Assembly: GCA_033763315.1 (NCBI GenBank)
Contig: JANRKS010000007.1
Span: forward strand, 288,001-352,000
Length of the DNA stretch: 64,000 nucleotides
DNA from: Deltaproteobacteria bacterium
GTDB taxonomy: Bacteria > Myxococcota_A > Polyangia > Fen-1088
Direction: 5' to 3'
Shown: positions 1 to 8,512 of the stretch, piece by piece
Layout of the letters: each line of letters opens with the position of its first letter
Position numbering within the stretch: position 1 is the first letter of the stretch
Notes under the pieces: generated by a model
Told to the model about the DNA's origin: nothing
Seen by the model: only the letters and a program-made list of their open reading frames with translations
Database searches by the model: none
Translations under genes and position numbers: made by a program

Positions 1-1127
1 AGCTTCAAGATCTTGCCGTAGTGAGCCTTCAACGTGTTTACAACGGCCGTGACCTTCACCGGATCCACGATGGCGCTGGCGGCGATTTCCACCGACAACT
101 CCGGCTCGGTGCACATAGCCTCGCAGCTGGCCTTCGCGTTACACGTGGTCTCACAGGTCTTCTCTTCACGCATCACCTGGACCTCTTCACACACAGGCGG
201 CATCACACCGCCCGCAGTGCAGCTGCCACGACAGCCACCAGTGCACGTGGCGGAACAGCCACCTTTACATGTGCCCGAGCAACCACCGCGGCATGTGCCC
301 GAACACGCGCCTTTCACGTTTGTGCGGCATGTGCCGTTGCACACGCCCGTGGCGGTCAAAGCGCCTTCACATTCGCCCGCACAGGTGCCATCGGCGGCCG
401 GAGCAACTGAACATGTGCCATTGCATTTGCCCGCGGCATCGAGCGCCACGTAACATTTGCCTTCGCATTTCGCGCTGGTCACCACGTCGCAGCTGCCACT
501 GCATTCGGCCGAACATGAACCCGTGCAGCCAAGCTGGCACGAGCCTTCGCAGGAGCCACCACACGTACCTTCGCAGGTGGGGTAGTAGATCTTGCCAGGC
601 TTACACATCAGTTGGGTTTCAGTCACCGTCATCGTTTCACACGTCTGCAAACACGACAGACGAGCCGACGCACTCACCGTGCAAACCGCAGGCTTGTAAA
701 CAACGTTCAGATACGCGTTCAGCTTCAAGTTGGCGCGCAAGGTTGTGTCGATCTGCTGAGCCACGCGCTCGCAAGCCGCTTTCGTTCTTGCACCCGGGGC
801 CAACATTTGGCCGGGGGGTGGGGCCGCAGGTTCAAGCTGTGCGGCGGGAATCCCGAGCTCGGTCGCCATCGCGGTGCACTCGGCCAACATCCCCGTATCG
901 ATCTCGGTCGACGCTTTTACGAATGCCGTCGTGGCATCCAACACAGTGTTCACACGTTTGCCCACTGCCGTCAGACCATAATCCGAACGCTTACCCGTCA
1001 CGGGGTCATACACGGCGCCCGAACACAACACATTGCTGCCATCTTCATTGCAACCCGCCACGCCAAAACTCAAGCCCACGGCCACTGCCGCCAAGGCCAC
1101 ATAACTTGATAGGTATCGATGCATCAT
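1..1127 (-). CDS. Cys-rich (CxxxC repeat) lipoprotein, runs off the left edge of the window
   Basis: Manually translated: MMHRYLSSYVALAAVAVGLSFGVAGC (lipobox), later TCEGTCGGSCEGSCQLGCTGSCSAECSGSC...CSGTCRGGCSGTCKGGCSATCTGGCRGSC. GGAG lies upstream of the ATG at 1127 and there is no stop before position 1. Not in the ORF track. Confidence 0.85.
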   Translation of the reverse strand, partial: MMHRYLSSYVALAAVAVGLSFGVAGCNEDGSNVLCSGAVYDPVTGKRSDYGLTAVGKRVNTVLDATTAFVKASTEIDTGMLAECTAMATELGIPAAQLEPAAPPPGQMLAPGARTKAACERVAQQIDTTLRANLKLNAYLNVVYKPAVCTVSASARLSCLQTCETMTVTETQLMCKPGKIYYPTCEGTCGGSCEGSCQLGCTGSCSAECSGSCDVVTSAKCEGKCYVALDAAGKCNGTCSVAPAADGTCAGECEGALTATGVCNGTCRTNVKGACSGTCRGGCSGTCKGGCSATCTGGCRGSCTAGGVMPPVCEEVQVMREEKTCETTCNAKASCEAMCTEPELSVEIAASAIVDPVKVTAVVNTLKAHYGKILK

Positions 1128-1229
1128 TTCCGAGGACTCCTTAGATTACGTCCGGGGGCACTTTACAGGAGCCCGCCAAAGTAAGCGACTTTCGCCGCGA
1201 CCCGCGTTCACGGGTCGATCCTTGGACGC

Positions 1230-1409
1230 TCAGCCGCCGAAAAAATTTGGGTTCAGCAGGCGGCCCAAACCCGTCATCGCTAGCAACGCGCCGGCCGGAG
1301 CCAGCAACATGCCCACGTAACTCAAGGGCCGCGCGCGCCCCAAGGCGATGCTAACGCCATAGCCTGCGCCCACGATTCCCGATATGAACAGAAAAGTACC
1401 TACAAACAC
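1230..1409 (-). CDS. small two-TM membrane protein (59 aa)
   Basis: GTG at 1409 to TGA at 1230: MFVGTFLFISGIVGAGYGVSIALGRARPLSYVGMLLAPAGALLAMTGLGRLLNPNFFGG. Two hydrophobic segments with a short basic loop; fills an otherwise empty gap. Confidence 0.6.
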   Translation of the reverse strand: MFVGTFLFISGIVGAGYGVSIALGRARPLSYVGMLLAPAGALLAMTGLGRLLNPNFFGG

Positions 1410-1475
1410 GAAAGATCTCGAACGGGTACCTTAGCCCAATGGCAACTGGTCGGCAGCCATGTAAAGTGCGGCGCC

Positions 1476-2534
1476 ATGTCCGATTGTTTTACATTGATAC
1501 TCGCCGGCGGTGGTGGAACCCGTTTGTGGCCTGTGAGCCGCCGGGCGCGGCCCAAGCAATTGCTGGCTCTGGGGGGCGACGAAACGCTGTTGGCAGCAAC
1601 CTTTCGCCGTTCATGCGATTTGGTCGGCGTGCAAAATTCGCTGATCGTTACAGCTAGTGATCAAGCGGAAGCGATCGCGCACGCGATTCCCAATCTGCCG
1701 CCGGAAAACCTCATTGTTGAACCCGCGGCACGCAATACCGCCCCCGCGGTGGCCTTAGGCGCGGCGGCGGTCGCCCGGCGCGCGGGCAACAAAGCGCGCG
1801 TGGCCGTGCTGCCCTCGGATGCGTTCATCGGCGATGAGCCCGGCTTTTTGCGCTGCGCGCGCACGGCCCTCGATCAAGCCTCTCACGCCATCGTCACGAT
1901 CGGCCTTCACCCGCTGTCGCCTGAAACTGGCTATGGATACATTCGCCCCGCCACTGCCCTCACCGCCGACGTCTTCGAGGTGGGAGCGTTCGTTGAGAAG
2001 CCAGACGCCGAAACAGCCGTTCGCTACGTCAGGGAAGGCTTTTTGTGGAACGCGGGCATGTTCTTCATGTCTGTGGAAACGCTGTTCGCGCAGGCACACC
2101 AACACTTGCCGCTGCTGGGACAGGTTATAGATGCGTTGCTCAACGGGCCGGACTTCCACGCGGCGGCAGAGCAGCACTACAAACAAGCCCCTGCGATTTC
2201 GATCGATTTCGGCATCATGGAAAAGGCAAAAGGGTTACGTGTGGTCGCAGGCAGCTTCGCGTGGAACGACGTGGGCAGCTGGTCGGCCATGCCGGCCGTG
2301 CGCGCGCCCAACGCCGAAGGAAACGTGGTGGTGGGCGCCGCCGTGGCCGTCAACGCGCGGAACAACATCGTTTTCTCCGACGCAGGCGCGCCACTCATCG
2401 CCGTGACTGACGTCGACGATCTTGTGATCGTCGCAACGGCTGACGCCATCCTGGTCACCCGACGGGATAAATCGCAAAACGTGCGAAGTGTGGTGGACGC
2501 CCTGGGGAAACAGGGCCGCGGCGACTTGCTCTAG
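1476..2534 (+). CDS. manC: mannose-1-phosphate guanylyltransferase
   Basis: LILAGGGGTRLWPVSR..PKQ, EP.ARNTAPA, FVEKP, WNAGMF, SIDFGIMEK and WNDVGSW motifs. Confidence 0.95.
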   Translation: MSDCFTLILAGGGGTRLWPVSRRARPKQLLALGGDETLLAATFRRSCDLVGVQNSLIVTASDQAEAIAHAIPNLPPENLIVEPAARNTAPAVALGAAAVARRAGNKARVAVLPSDAFIGDEPGFLRCARTALDQASHAIVTIGLHPLSPETGYGYIRPATALTADVFEVGAFVEKPDAETAVRYVREGFLWNAGMFFMSVETLFAQAHQHLPLLGQVIDALLNGPDFHAAAEQHYKQAPAISIDFGIMEKAKGLRVVAGSFAWNDVGSWSAMPAVRAPNAEGNVVVGAAVAVNARNNIVFSDAGAPLIAVTDVDDLVIVATADAILVTRRDKSQNVRSVVDALGKQGRGDLL

Positions 2535-2597
2535 CTGCGAATCACGCATCCTTCCTTGTTCGCTCGGCCACGGGGCTGCTAATCTGGCCGCCTTTCC

Positions 2598-3998
2598 ATG
2601 GCACCTTCGCTTACAGCAATGAACCCGCGTGTTTTTCGTGAGTACGACATCCGTGGGGTCGCCGAGCGCGATTTCCCATCTGACTTCGTGTTTCAGCTAG
2701 GGAACGCCATCGGCGCTCACTTTCGTGCGATCGGCGCCAAGACCGTCACGTTGGGCCGCGACGCCCGCCTGTCATCGCCTCGCATTCACGGCATCATCAA
2801 AGACCGCCTCTTAACGGCAGGCCTTGATGTCATCGACGTGGGCATCGTGCACACGCCGGGGCTCTATTTTTCCGTGTTCCATTTGGAGGCGGACGGCGGC
2901 GTTATGATCACCGCCAGCCACAACCCGGGTGAAGACAACGGCTTTAAGATCGTGCGCGGCCGCAGCACCATTTACGGCGACGAGATTCAGGAGCTTAAGC
3001 GTCGCATCGAAGAGGGTCGTTACACCGAATCGGCCAACGCCGTGCCTGGCACCGCCCGCGATGTCGATATCCTCACGCCCTACGTGGAACACATCTTCGG
3101 CAATTTGCGATTGGGCGCCAAGCGTCCCAAGGTGGTGCTGGACGCTGGCAACGGCACAGGCGGGTTGTCGTGTTTGCCCTTGTTGCGAAAGCTTGGGTTC
3201 GACGTCGATCCACTTTATTGCGATCCCGATGGTCGGTATCCAAACCACCATCCTGATCCTACGGTGGCCGAGAATATGGCGGATCTCATTGCGCGCGTGC
3301 AAAGCACCGGCGCCGAGGTGGGCATCGCGCTGGATGGCGACGCCGATCGCATTGGCGTGGTGGATGCGCGCGGCCGCATCGTGTGGGGCGATCAGTTGAT
3401 GATTTTGTTCGCGCGCGAAATCTTGAAAGAAGTTCCCGGTGCCACATTCGTCAGTGAGGTGAAGTGCAGCCAGGCGCTTTACGACGACATCGAACGCTTG
3501 GGGGGCCGCGCGATCATGTGGAAGGTGGGGCACTCCCTCATCAAAGTGAAGATGAAGGAAGAGCACGCGTTGTTGGCAGGCGAAATGTCTGGCCACATGT
3601 TCTTCGCACACCGCTATTTCGGTTTCGACGACGCTGTCTATGCGGCCGCGCGGCTCATGGAAATGCTGTCGCAGTCGCCGAAAACTTTGACTGAGCTTGT
3701 CGATACGTTGCCCGTATTGTTCAACACGCCCGAGATTCGCCTCGACTGCCCCGATGACCTCAAGAAAGAAGTCGTTCGCCAAGCGGCAGCCCACTTCAAG
3801 CGCGATCACGCCGTCAACGAGATTGATGGCGCGCGCATTCAATTTGAGGGCGGCTGGGGTTTGGTGCGCGCCTCGAACACGGGGCCCGTGTTGGTGCTTC
3901 GCTGCGAAGCCGATAGCCAAGCGCGCTGCGACGCCATCCGCGCGACGTTGGAAGCTGAGCTCGGACGCATTCGCTCGTCGCTGCAGAAAACCAGCTAG
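2598..3998 (+). CDS. algC: phosphomannomutase/phosphoglucomutase
   Basis: FREYDIRG, TASHNP (phosphoserine), DGDADR (metal), GEMSGH and VRASNT motifs. Confidence 0.93.
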   Translation: MAPSLTAMNPRVFREYDIRGVAERDFPSDFVFQLGNAIGAHFRAIGAKTVTLGRDARLSSPRIHGIIKDRLLTAGLDVIDVGIVHTPGLYFSVFHLEADGGVMITASHNPGEDNGFKIVRGRSTIYGDEIQELKRRIEEGRYTESANAVPGTARDVDILTPYVEHIFGNLRLGAKRPKVVLDAGNGTGGLSCLPLLRKLGFDVDPLYCDPDGRYPNHHPDPTVAENMADLIARVQSTGAEVGIALDGDADRIGVVDARGRIVWGDQLMILFAREILKEVPGATFVSEVKCSQALYDDIERLGGRAIMWKVGHSLIKVKMKEEHALLAGEMSGHMFFAHRYFGFDDAVYAAARLMEMLSQSPKTLTELVDTLPVLFNTPEIRLDCPDDLKKEVVRQAAAHFKRDHAVNEIDGARIQFEGGWGLVRASNTGPVLVLRCEADSQARCDAIRATLEAELGRIRSSLQKTS

Positions 3999-4019
3999 GC
4001 AGAGCCCCCGGGGCGGCAA

Positions 4020-4044
4020 CGGGGGTCAATCTACTTGACCCCCG
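4020..4044. terminator. perfect 10-bp GC-rich hairpin (terminator or REP-like) after algC
   Basis: CGGGGGTCAA-TCTAC-TTGACCCCCG; no U tract. Confidence 0.45.
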
Positions 4045-4421
4045 GGCCACCCGTTCCCGTTTGGCGCTCACCCACCCCGCCACGCCCGGCCCACGGCGCC
4101 ACCGCCCGACCAAACACCCGCCCTATCCGCCCCGTTGCCTCACCAGATGCGCGCGCCCGCCGTCGCCGCCACCATCGCGCATGCACCCCCTGGCCTCGCC
4201 CCTTCCAACCCGCCCCCGCCAGAAATCGAGGCCAGCCTCCGTTCGGGCGTCACTGTAACACATTCGTTCCCGCCGCCAAGGTTTTCCTTGGGGCCCCTGC
4301 AAAAAAACGCAACCACGCCCTCGGGCACGCCCGTATGACCTCAGCCCGCCGAAAAAAGCAACCCAGCGCCCGTCCTCGGTTTAGACGTGGGGCAACGCAG
4401 ACTATTCCCGCAGAGCAGCGG

Positions 4422-5348
4422 TCACTCGCCGGAAAGCCACGCCGCAACCAGGGGCGCGAGGCGATCGAACGCGAACACGTAGGCCAGGGCTGACGCCGCC
4501 AGGAACGGGCCGAAGGGCACCTGGGTGTACCGCAAGGATTCGGGCTCAGGTTCCACCGGCGCCTCAGCTCTCCCCGCCGCCTCGGCTTCGTCCTCTGGAC
4601 CGGCTTTCGTGTGCCCCCGTGTTCGGCGTGCGCCTATGGCCAAGAGCGGCAGGCTCACGAGCACCCCAAGCAAAGACGCGACGAACACCACCACCGGCAG
4701 AGCTTTCCAACCCAAAAGCGCGCCCATCACTGCCAAAAGCTTGCCGTCTCCCAACCCAAGGCCTTCTCGCCCACGCAAGTAGTAATACCCATCGGCCACG
4801 ATACGCACCGCCAGATATCCAGCCACAAGACCAATGGCTCGCTCCTTCCAGGGCGCCATGTGCAAGGCAAACGCCGCCGCAAAGAACACCGCGATCGACG
4901 GCAAGGTGATGACGTCGGGCAAGCGTTGCGTATCCAGGTCGATGAACGAAAGCACCAGGAGCACGCCCGAAAATGCAAAGAAAACCGCAAAACGCGCCAA
5001 ACGGATGCCGACGTCTGTTTGCGGATCCTGCTGCACAAATTGCCAATAGAGCAGCCCACTGAACACCGCCATCAGACCCTCAACCCACAGATACCGCGCG
5101 GAAAAGCCCGCACCACACGCGCGGCAGCGGCCACGCAACCACAGGTACGAGAGCAACGGCACGTTGTCGTACGCCTTGACAGGCGCCCCGCACGAAAAAC
5201 AATGCGAGCCCGGATGCACCACCGATTTGCCCAGCGGAATGCGCGCAATGCAAACGTTGAAGAAGCTTCCCCAAAGCGCGCCCAACAAAACGGCGAACAC
5301 CAAAGCCAGCGGTGAAGCCAAAACGACGTTTGCGAAAGCAGGATCCAA
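4422..5348 (-). CDS. pilD: prepilin peptidase (A24), PilD/GspO
   Basis: GSFFNVCI.RIP, two CxxC pairs (CFSC, CRAC), FIDLD and GLGLGDGKL aspartate motifs, VPFGPFL. Confidence 0.95.
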   Translation of the reverse strand: MDPAFANVVLASPLALVFAVLLGALWGSFFNVCIARIPLGKSVVHPGSHCFSCGAPVKAYDNVPLLSYLWLRGRCRACGAGFSARYLWVEGLMAVFSGLLYWQFVQQDPQTDVGIRLARFAVFFAFSGVLLVLSFIDLDTQRLPDVITLPSIAVFFAAAFALHMAPWKERAIGLVAGYLAVRIVADGYYYLRGREGLGLGDGKLLAVMGALLGWKALPVVVFVASLLGVLVSLPLLAIGARRTRGHTKAGPEDEAEAAGRAEAPVEPEPESLRYTQVPFGPFLAASALAYVFAFDRLAPLVAAWLSGE

Positions 5349-5455
5349 GCGAGCTCCAAGTTACCACCACCTTGCCACCCGCGCGCCGGCGCTCAACGTT
5401 TGCCAGGCGCCAGCCTTCCTGTCGTCCGCGCGGGCTGCTAGAACCCGGGCCTTCG

Positions 5456-6370
5456 ATGCAAGGCTGCGTTCCCTCACCCCACCCTAGCCGCCCACCGCGG
5501 CCGGCGCTTTGCCTGGCGGCCTCGCTGCTGGTGGCCTCGCTGTTTGCGGGTTCGTGCCGCAAATCATCCCCTTTCACGGGCGAAACGACAGAGGCCACAC
5601 CTGCATCGCTCTTGGGGGCGCGGGCCGTGGCGTCGGGATTGATCGCGCGCGGCGGCGCCGAGATCAATGCCACCACTCATTTTCGCATCGTGCCCACGCA
5701 GGCGGACGGGTTGATGGGCGAGCAGGACATCACCACAAACACCGTCGTGCGCTTGGGGGGTGATGGTCACTATTCGCTGCACGAGGAAAACAACCACGAC
5801 GGTGGGCGCGACGTGTTCTTCACGGGCGACGAGATCGCTGTGAAGCTTCGGTATGGCAAGTTGATCAAACGCCCAGTCAGACCACCTGAGCCGATGCAAG
5901 TGCTTGAGCAAGGGTTGGGAGGGCCGGCGGCCGCATGGGAGGTGTTTCGCGAATACGCACAAATACAAAGCGGCGAGGCGACGGACACCATCACGGTGAA
6001 CCTCGCATCAACCAAGTCAGAGGATGAGACGCCAAGGCCGTCGTCACCCTTGGTCGATTGGCGCAAAACCGCCGTGCCAACGGAACTCAAAGGCAAGCTG
6101 CGCTACTTGCGCGCCACGGCCTCCGCCCCCGCCGTTTTGGTGGCGGCCGAGCTCACGGGTCGCTTCACAGCCCGCACCACCACGGCGGGAAAAGTGCATG
6201 AGGTGCAGGGTTCCATACAGATCACGTTTGCCGCCCGTGACGTGGGCAAAGCCACGGCGGAGGGCATGCCGGCCGAAGCTGAAACAGCGTGGATGCGCCA
6301 ACGTACGATTTTAGAAGAGCGCGCGCTGCTTGAAACGGCCGGCGCCGCCAAAGCCGGCCTTCCGCCTTAA
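5456..6370 (+). CDS. hypothetical lipoprotein
   Basis: Long ORF with signal/lipobox LLVASLFAGSC. Start uncertain; the track start at 5312 overlaps pilD. Confidence 0.65.
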   Translation: MQGCVPSPHPSRPPRPALCLAASLLVASLFAGSCRKSSPFTGETTEATPASLLGARAVASGLIARGGAEINATTHFRIVPTQADGLMGEQDITTNTVVRLGGDGHYSLHEENNHDGGRDVFFTGDEIAVKLRYGKLIKRPVRPPEPMQVLEQGLGGPAAAWEVFREYAQIQSGEATDTITVNLASTKSEDETPRPSSPLVDWRKTAVPTELKGKLRYLRATASAPAVLVAAELTGRFTARTTTAGKVHEVQGSIQITFAARDVGKATAEGMPAEAETAWMRQRTILEERALLETAGAAKAGLPP

Positions 6371-6391
6371 ACCACGCTAAGGTAGCGTTGC

Positions 6392-7252
6392 ATGGCGAAC
6401 CCCAAATTGCCCGACGTGTTGGAGGCCGAACCCGTAGAAACGCGGCTGCAAACCGGGCGGTGGAACCACCTCGCCGACAACCGCGGACTCATCGTTCGCC
6501 GTGCGTTGTTGTCGAGCGTGATCAGCGGCGCTGTGCCTATTCCTGTGCTTGATGACCTCGTGGCGGTCCGCGTTCGAGCAGGGCTTTACATGAAAATTGC
6601 GGATCGCCGCCACGTGGGGCTGCCCGCCGCCGCGGCGGAAGTTTTGGCGGAGGCCAAGGAAGCCTCACGGCTGCGGAACGTCACAATGACCGCAGCCACT
6701 TTGGTGGCGATGAAATTGGCGTGGCGGAAAATGTTCGCGCTCATGGCCGTGGGCCGTGGCGCCGACGACGCGGCCACAAACTTTCAGGCAGGCCTGCTGT
6801 TCGACCATTACTGCGCGCGTCTGCACGTGGGCCCGGCCTTGGATCGCACCCAGGCGGCAGCGTTGCGTCGGGTGATTCACGAAACGGTCGCCGCCTCCCA
6901 AGGGCAAGCTCTGGTCGCCATTTTCCGCGACGGCACGCGCACCTTGGGGCGCTCGCTGCTGCAGGCGCCGCGCTGGTTGGCCGAACGCCTCACCGCTTTG
7001 GCGCAACGCTGGGTGCAAACCAGCGGCAACGCGGAAGCCACGTTCGAAAACGTGAATCTCGAGGTGGATGGTGAATTGGAGCGCAAATGGTTAGACAAGG
7101 CCGCTGCAGCGGTTGAAGCCCAAATCGCAGGGTTAGGGCAAGGATATCTGGACGTCTTGGTGCCGCGCTTCGAGCAGGCTTGGGCTATAGCCGCGGCCAA
7201 ATTGAACAATCCCGCGGCCACACCACCGCCAACGGTGCCAAACGTCGATTGA
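6392..7252 (+). CDS. hypothetical protein (DUF697-like GAVPIP motif)
   Basis: 286-aa ORF in operon-like spacing; SGAVPIPVLDDL segment. Confidence 0.6.
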   Translation: MANPKLPDVLEAEPVETRLQTGRWNHLADNRGLIVRRALLSSVISGAVPIPVLDDLVAVRVRAGLYMKIADRRHVGLPAAAAEVLAEAKEASRLRNVTMTAATLVAMKLAWRKMFALMAVGRGADDAATNFQAGLLFDHYCARLHVGPALDRTQAAALRRVIHETVAASQGQALVAIFRDGTRTLGRSLLQAPRWLAERLTALAQRWVQTSGNAEATFENVNLEVDGELERKWLDKAAAAVEAQIAGLGQGYLDVLVPRFEQAWAIAAAKLNNPAATPPPTVPNVD

Positions 7253-7286
7253 GCCAGGGTCCCCCGTCTGGTAGCATCGCGTCCGA

Positions 7287-8093
7287 GTGACCTCCAAATC
7301 CGGTAACAGTCGTTCTTCCTCGAGTTCCGCAGACAAAAGCGCCCCCGCATCGGGACGCGTGAAACTGCAAACCTCTGGCACAGCGCGGGCCGCTGCGGCG
7401 GCTGGCGCCAGCAAACCCGCACGGTCGAGCGGAAACAAGAAGACCGAGGGCGGGACAAGCAGGACGGCGGGCGCGAAGAAGCCTGGCAGCAAGTCCGAAG
7501 GCACCTCAAACACTTTCCGTGCGCCTAAAGCCGCCGGGCCCAAGCTGGTGAATAAGCCAACAGCCAAGACGGCCACCACGCCCGCGACCAAGACGGCAAT
7601 AAGAAAGGCCGCCAAGGGTGGCCAGCTTCAAAAAGCCAAGAAGCCCAAGGACGCCGACGTCGCCGAGGCGCAAAGCCCACGCGACAAAGAGCGCCGTGAA
7701 TTGGCGTTGTCTGCCGCCGAGCTTGCCATCGAGTCGGCGCTCGACAAAAAGGCCGTTGGGCCCGTGCTTATCGATGTTTCAAGCCAGGCGAGTTACACCG
7801 ACTACATCGGCGTGGTCAGCGGCCGCAGCGATCGCCAAGTGGAAGCGATCGCTGATCACGTCGCCGTCACGATGAAGAAGGCCGGATTCACCTTGGTGGG
7901 CCGAGAAGGCACCAACAATGGCCGTTGGACCTTACTCGACTTCGGCGACATGATTCTGCACATTTTTTACCACCCCGTGCGCGACGTTTACGACATCGAA
8001 GGCCTATGGGTGGGTGCTGCCCGGGTGCCGCTCAAGAATGTGCCGCCTGAGGCGTTGCACTTTCAGGGCGACGCTTTGTACGCGCCGTCGTGA
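7287..8093 (+). CDS. rsfS: ribosome silencing factor RsfS with long basic N-terminal extension
   Basis: C-terminal half has DKKA..IDV..YTDY.VVSGRSDRQVEAIA..W.LLDFGD..HIF..R.YDIEGLW; overlaps rlmH by GTGA. Confidence 0.92.
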   Translation: MTSKSGNSRSSSSSADKSAPASGRVKLQTSGTARAAAAAGASKPARSSGNKKTEGGTSRTAGAKKPGSKSEGTSNTFRAPKAAGPKLVNKPTAKTATTPATKTAIRKAAKGGQLQKAKKPKDADVAEAQSPRDKERRELALSAAELAIESALDKKAVGPVLIDVSSQASYTDYIGVVSGRSDRQVEAIADHVAVTMKKAGFTLVGREGTNNGRWTLLDFGDMILHIFYHPVRDVYDIEGLWVGAARVPLKNVPPEALHFQGDALYAPS

Positions 8094-8512
8094 AAATCAT
8101 CATTCGTGCGGTCGGCAAAATGCGCGACCGACGCATGGAAGAGTTGTGCCGCGAATATTTGGATCGCGCGCGACGACACCTGCCCATCGAGGTGCAGGAA
8201 GTGGCCGACGACGCGGCCTTGCGGGCGACCGTGGGCACGGCTTCCGAATTCGTGGCGCTGGACCCTGCGGGCGAAGCCTGGAACACAGATGAATTCACGC
8301 GTTATCTAGACAAGCACATGGTGCATGGCACGCGCACGCTGGTGTTTCTGATCGGCGGCGCTGAAGGTTTAAGCGACGAGACACGCAAGGTGGCCGCGCG
8401 CAGAGTGTCGTTGTCGATGCTGACGATGCCGCACCGCTTGGCGCGCGTTGTGTTGTGCGAACAAATCTATCGATGTATCTCGAAACTGCGCGGCGAGCCC
8501 TACGACAAGTGA
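8090..8512 (+). CDS. rlmH: 23S rRNA pseudouridine-1915 N3-methyltransferase
   Basis: MKI.I.AVGK, LD..G, FLIGGAEGL, SLS.LTMPH.LARVVLCEQIYR, GEPY. Confidence 0.95.
   Translation: MKIIIRAVGKMRDRRMEELCREYLDRARRHLPIEVQEVADDAALRATVGTASEFVALDPAGEAWNTDEFTRYLDKHMVHGTRTLVFLIGGAEGLSDETRKVAARRVSLSMLTMPHRLARVVLCEQIYRCISKLRGEPYDK

Noticed and set aside
21-1144. Plus-strand ORFs at the left edge (129, 139, 291, 165 aa)
   Set aside because: Antisense shadows of the Cys-rich lipoprotein; their repetitiveness mirrors its CxxxC repeats.
2811-4019. 402-aa antisense ORF over algC, and similar long ORFs such as 15811-16869 and 34001-35011
   Set aside because: Typical GC-rich shadow frames opposite well-supported genes, with no motifs.
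4035-4493. Pro/Arg-rich ORFs in the algC-pilD spacer
   Set aside because: Composition reflects the C-rich DNA; no RBS or domain. The hallmark motifs of rnpB and tmRNA were also not seen.
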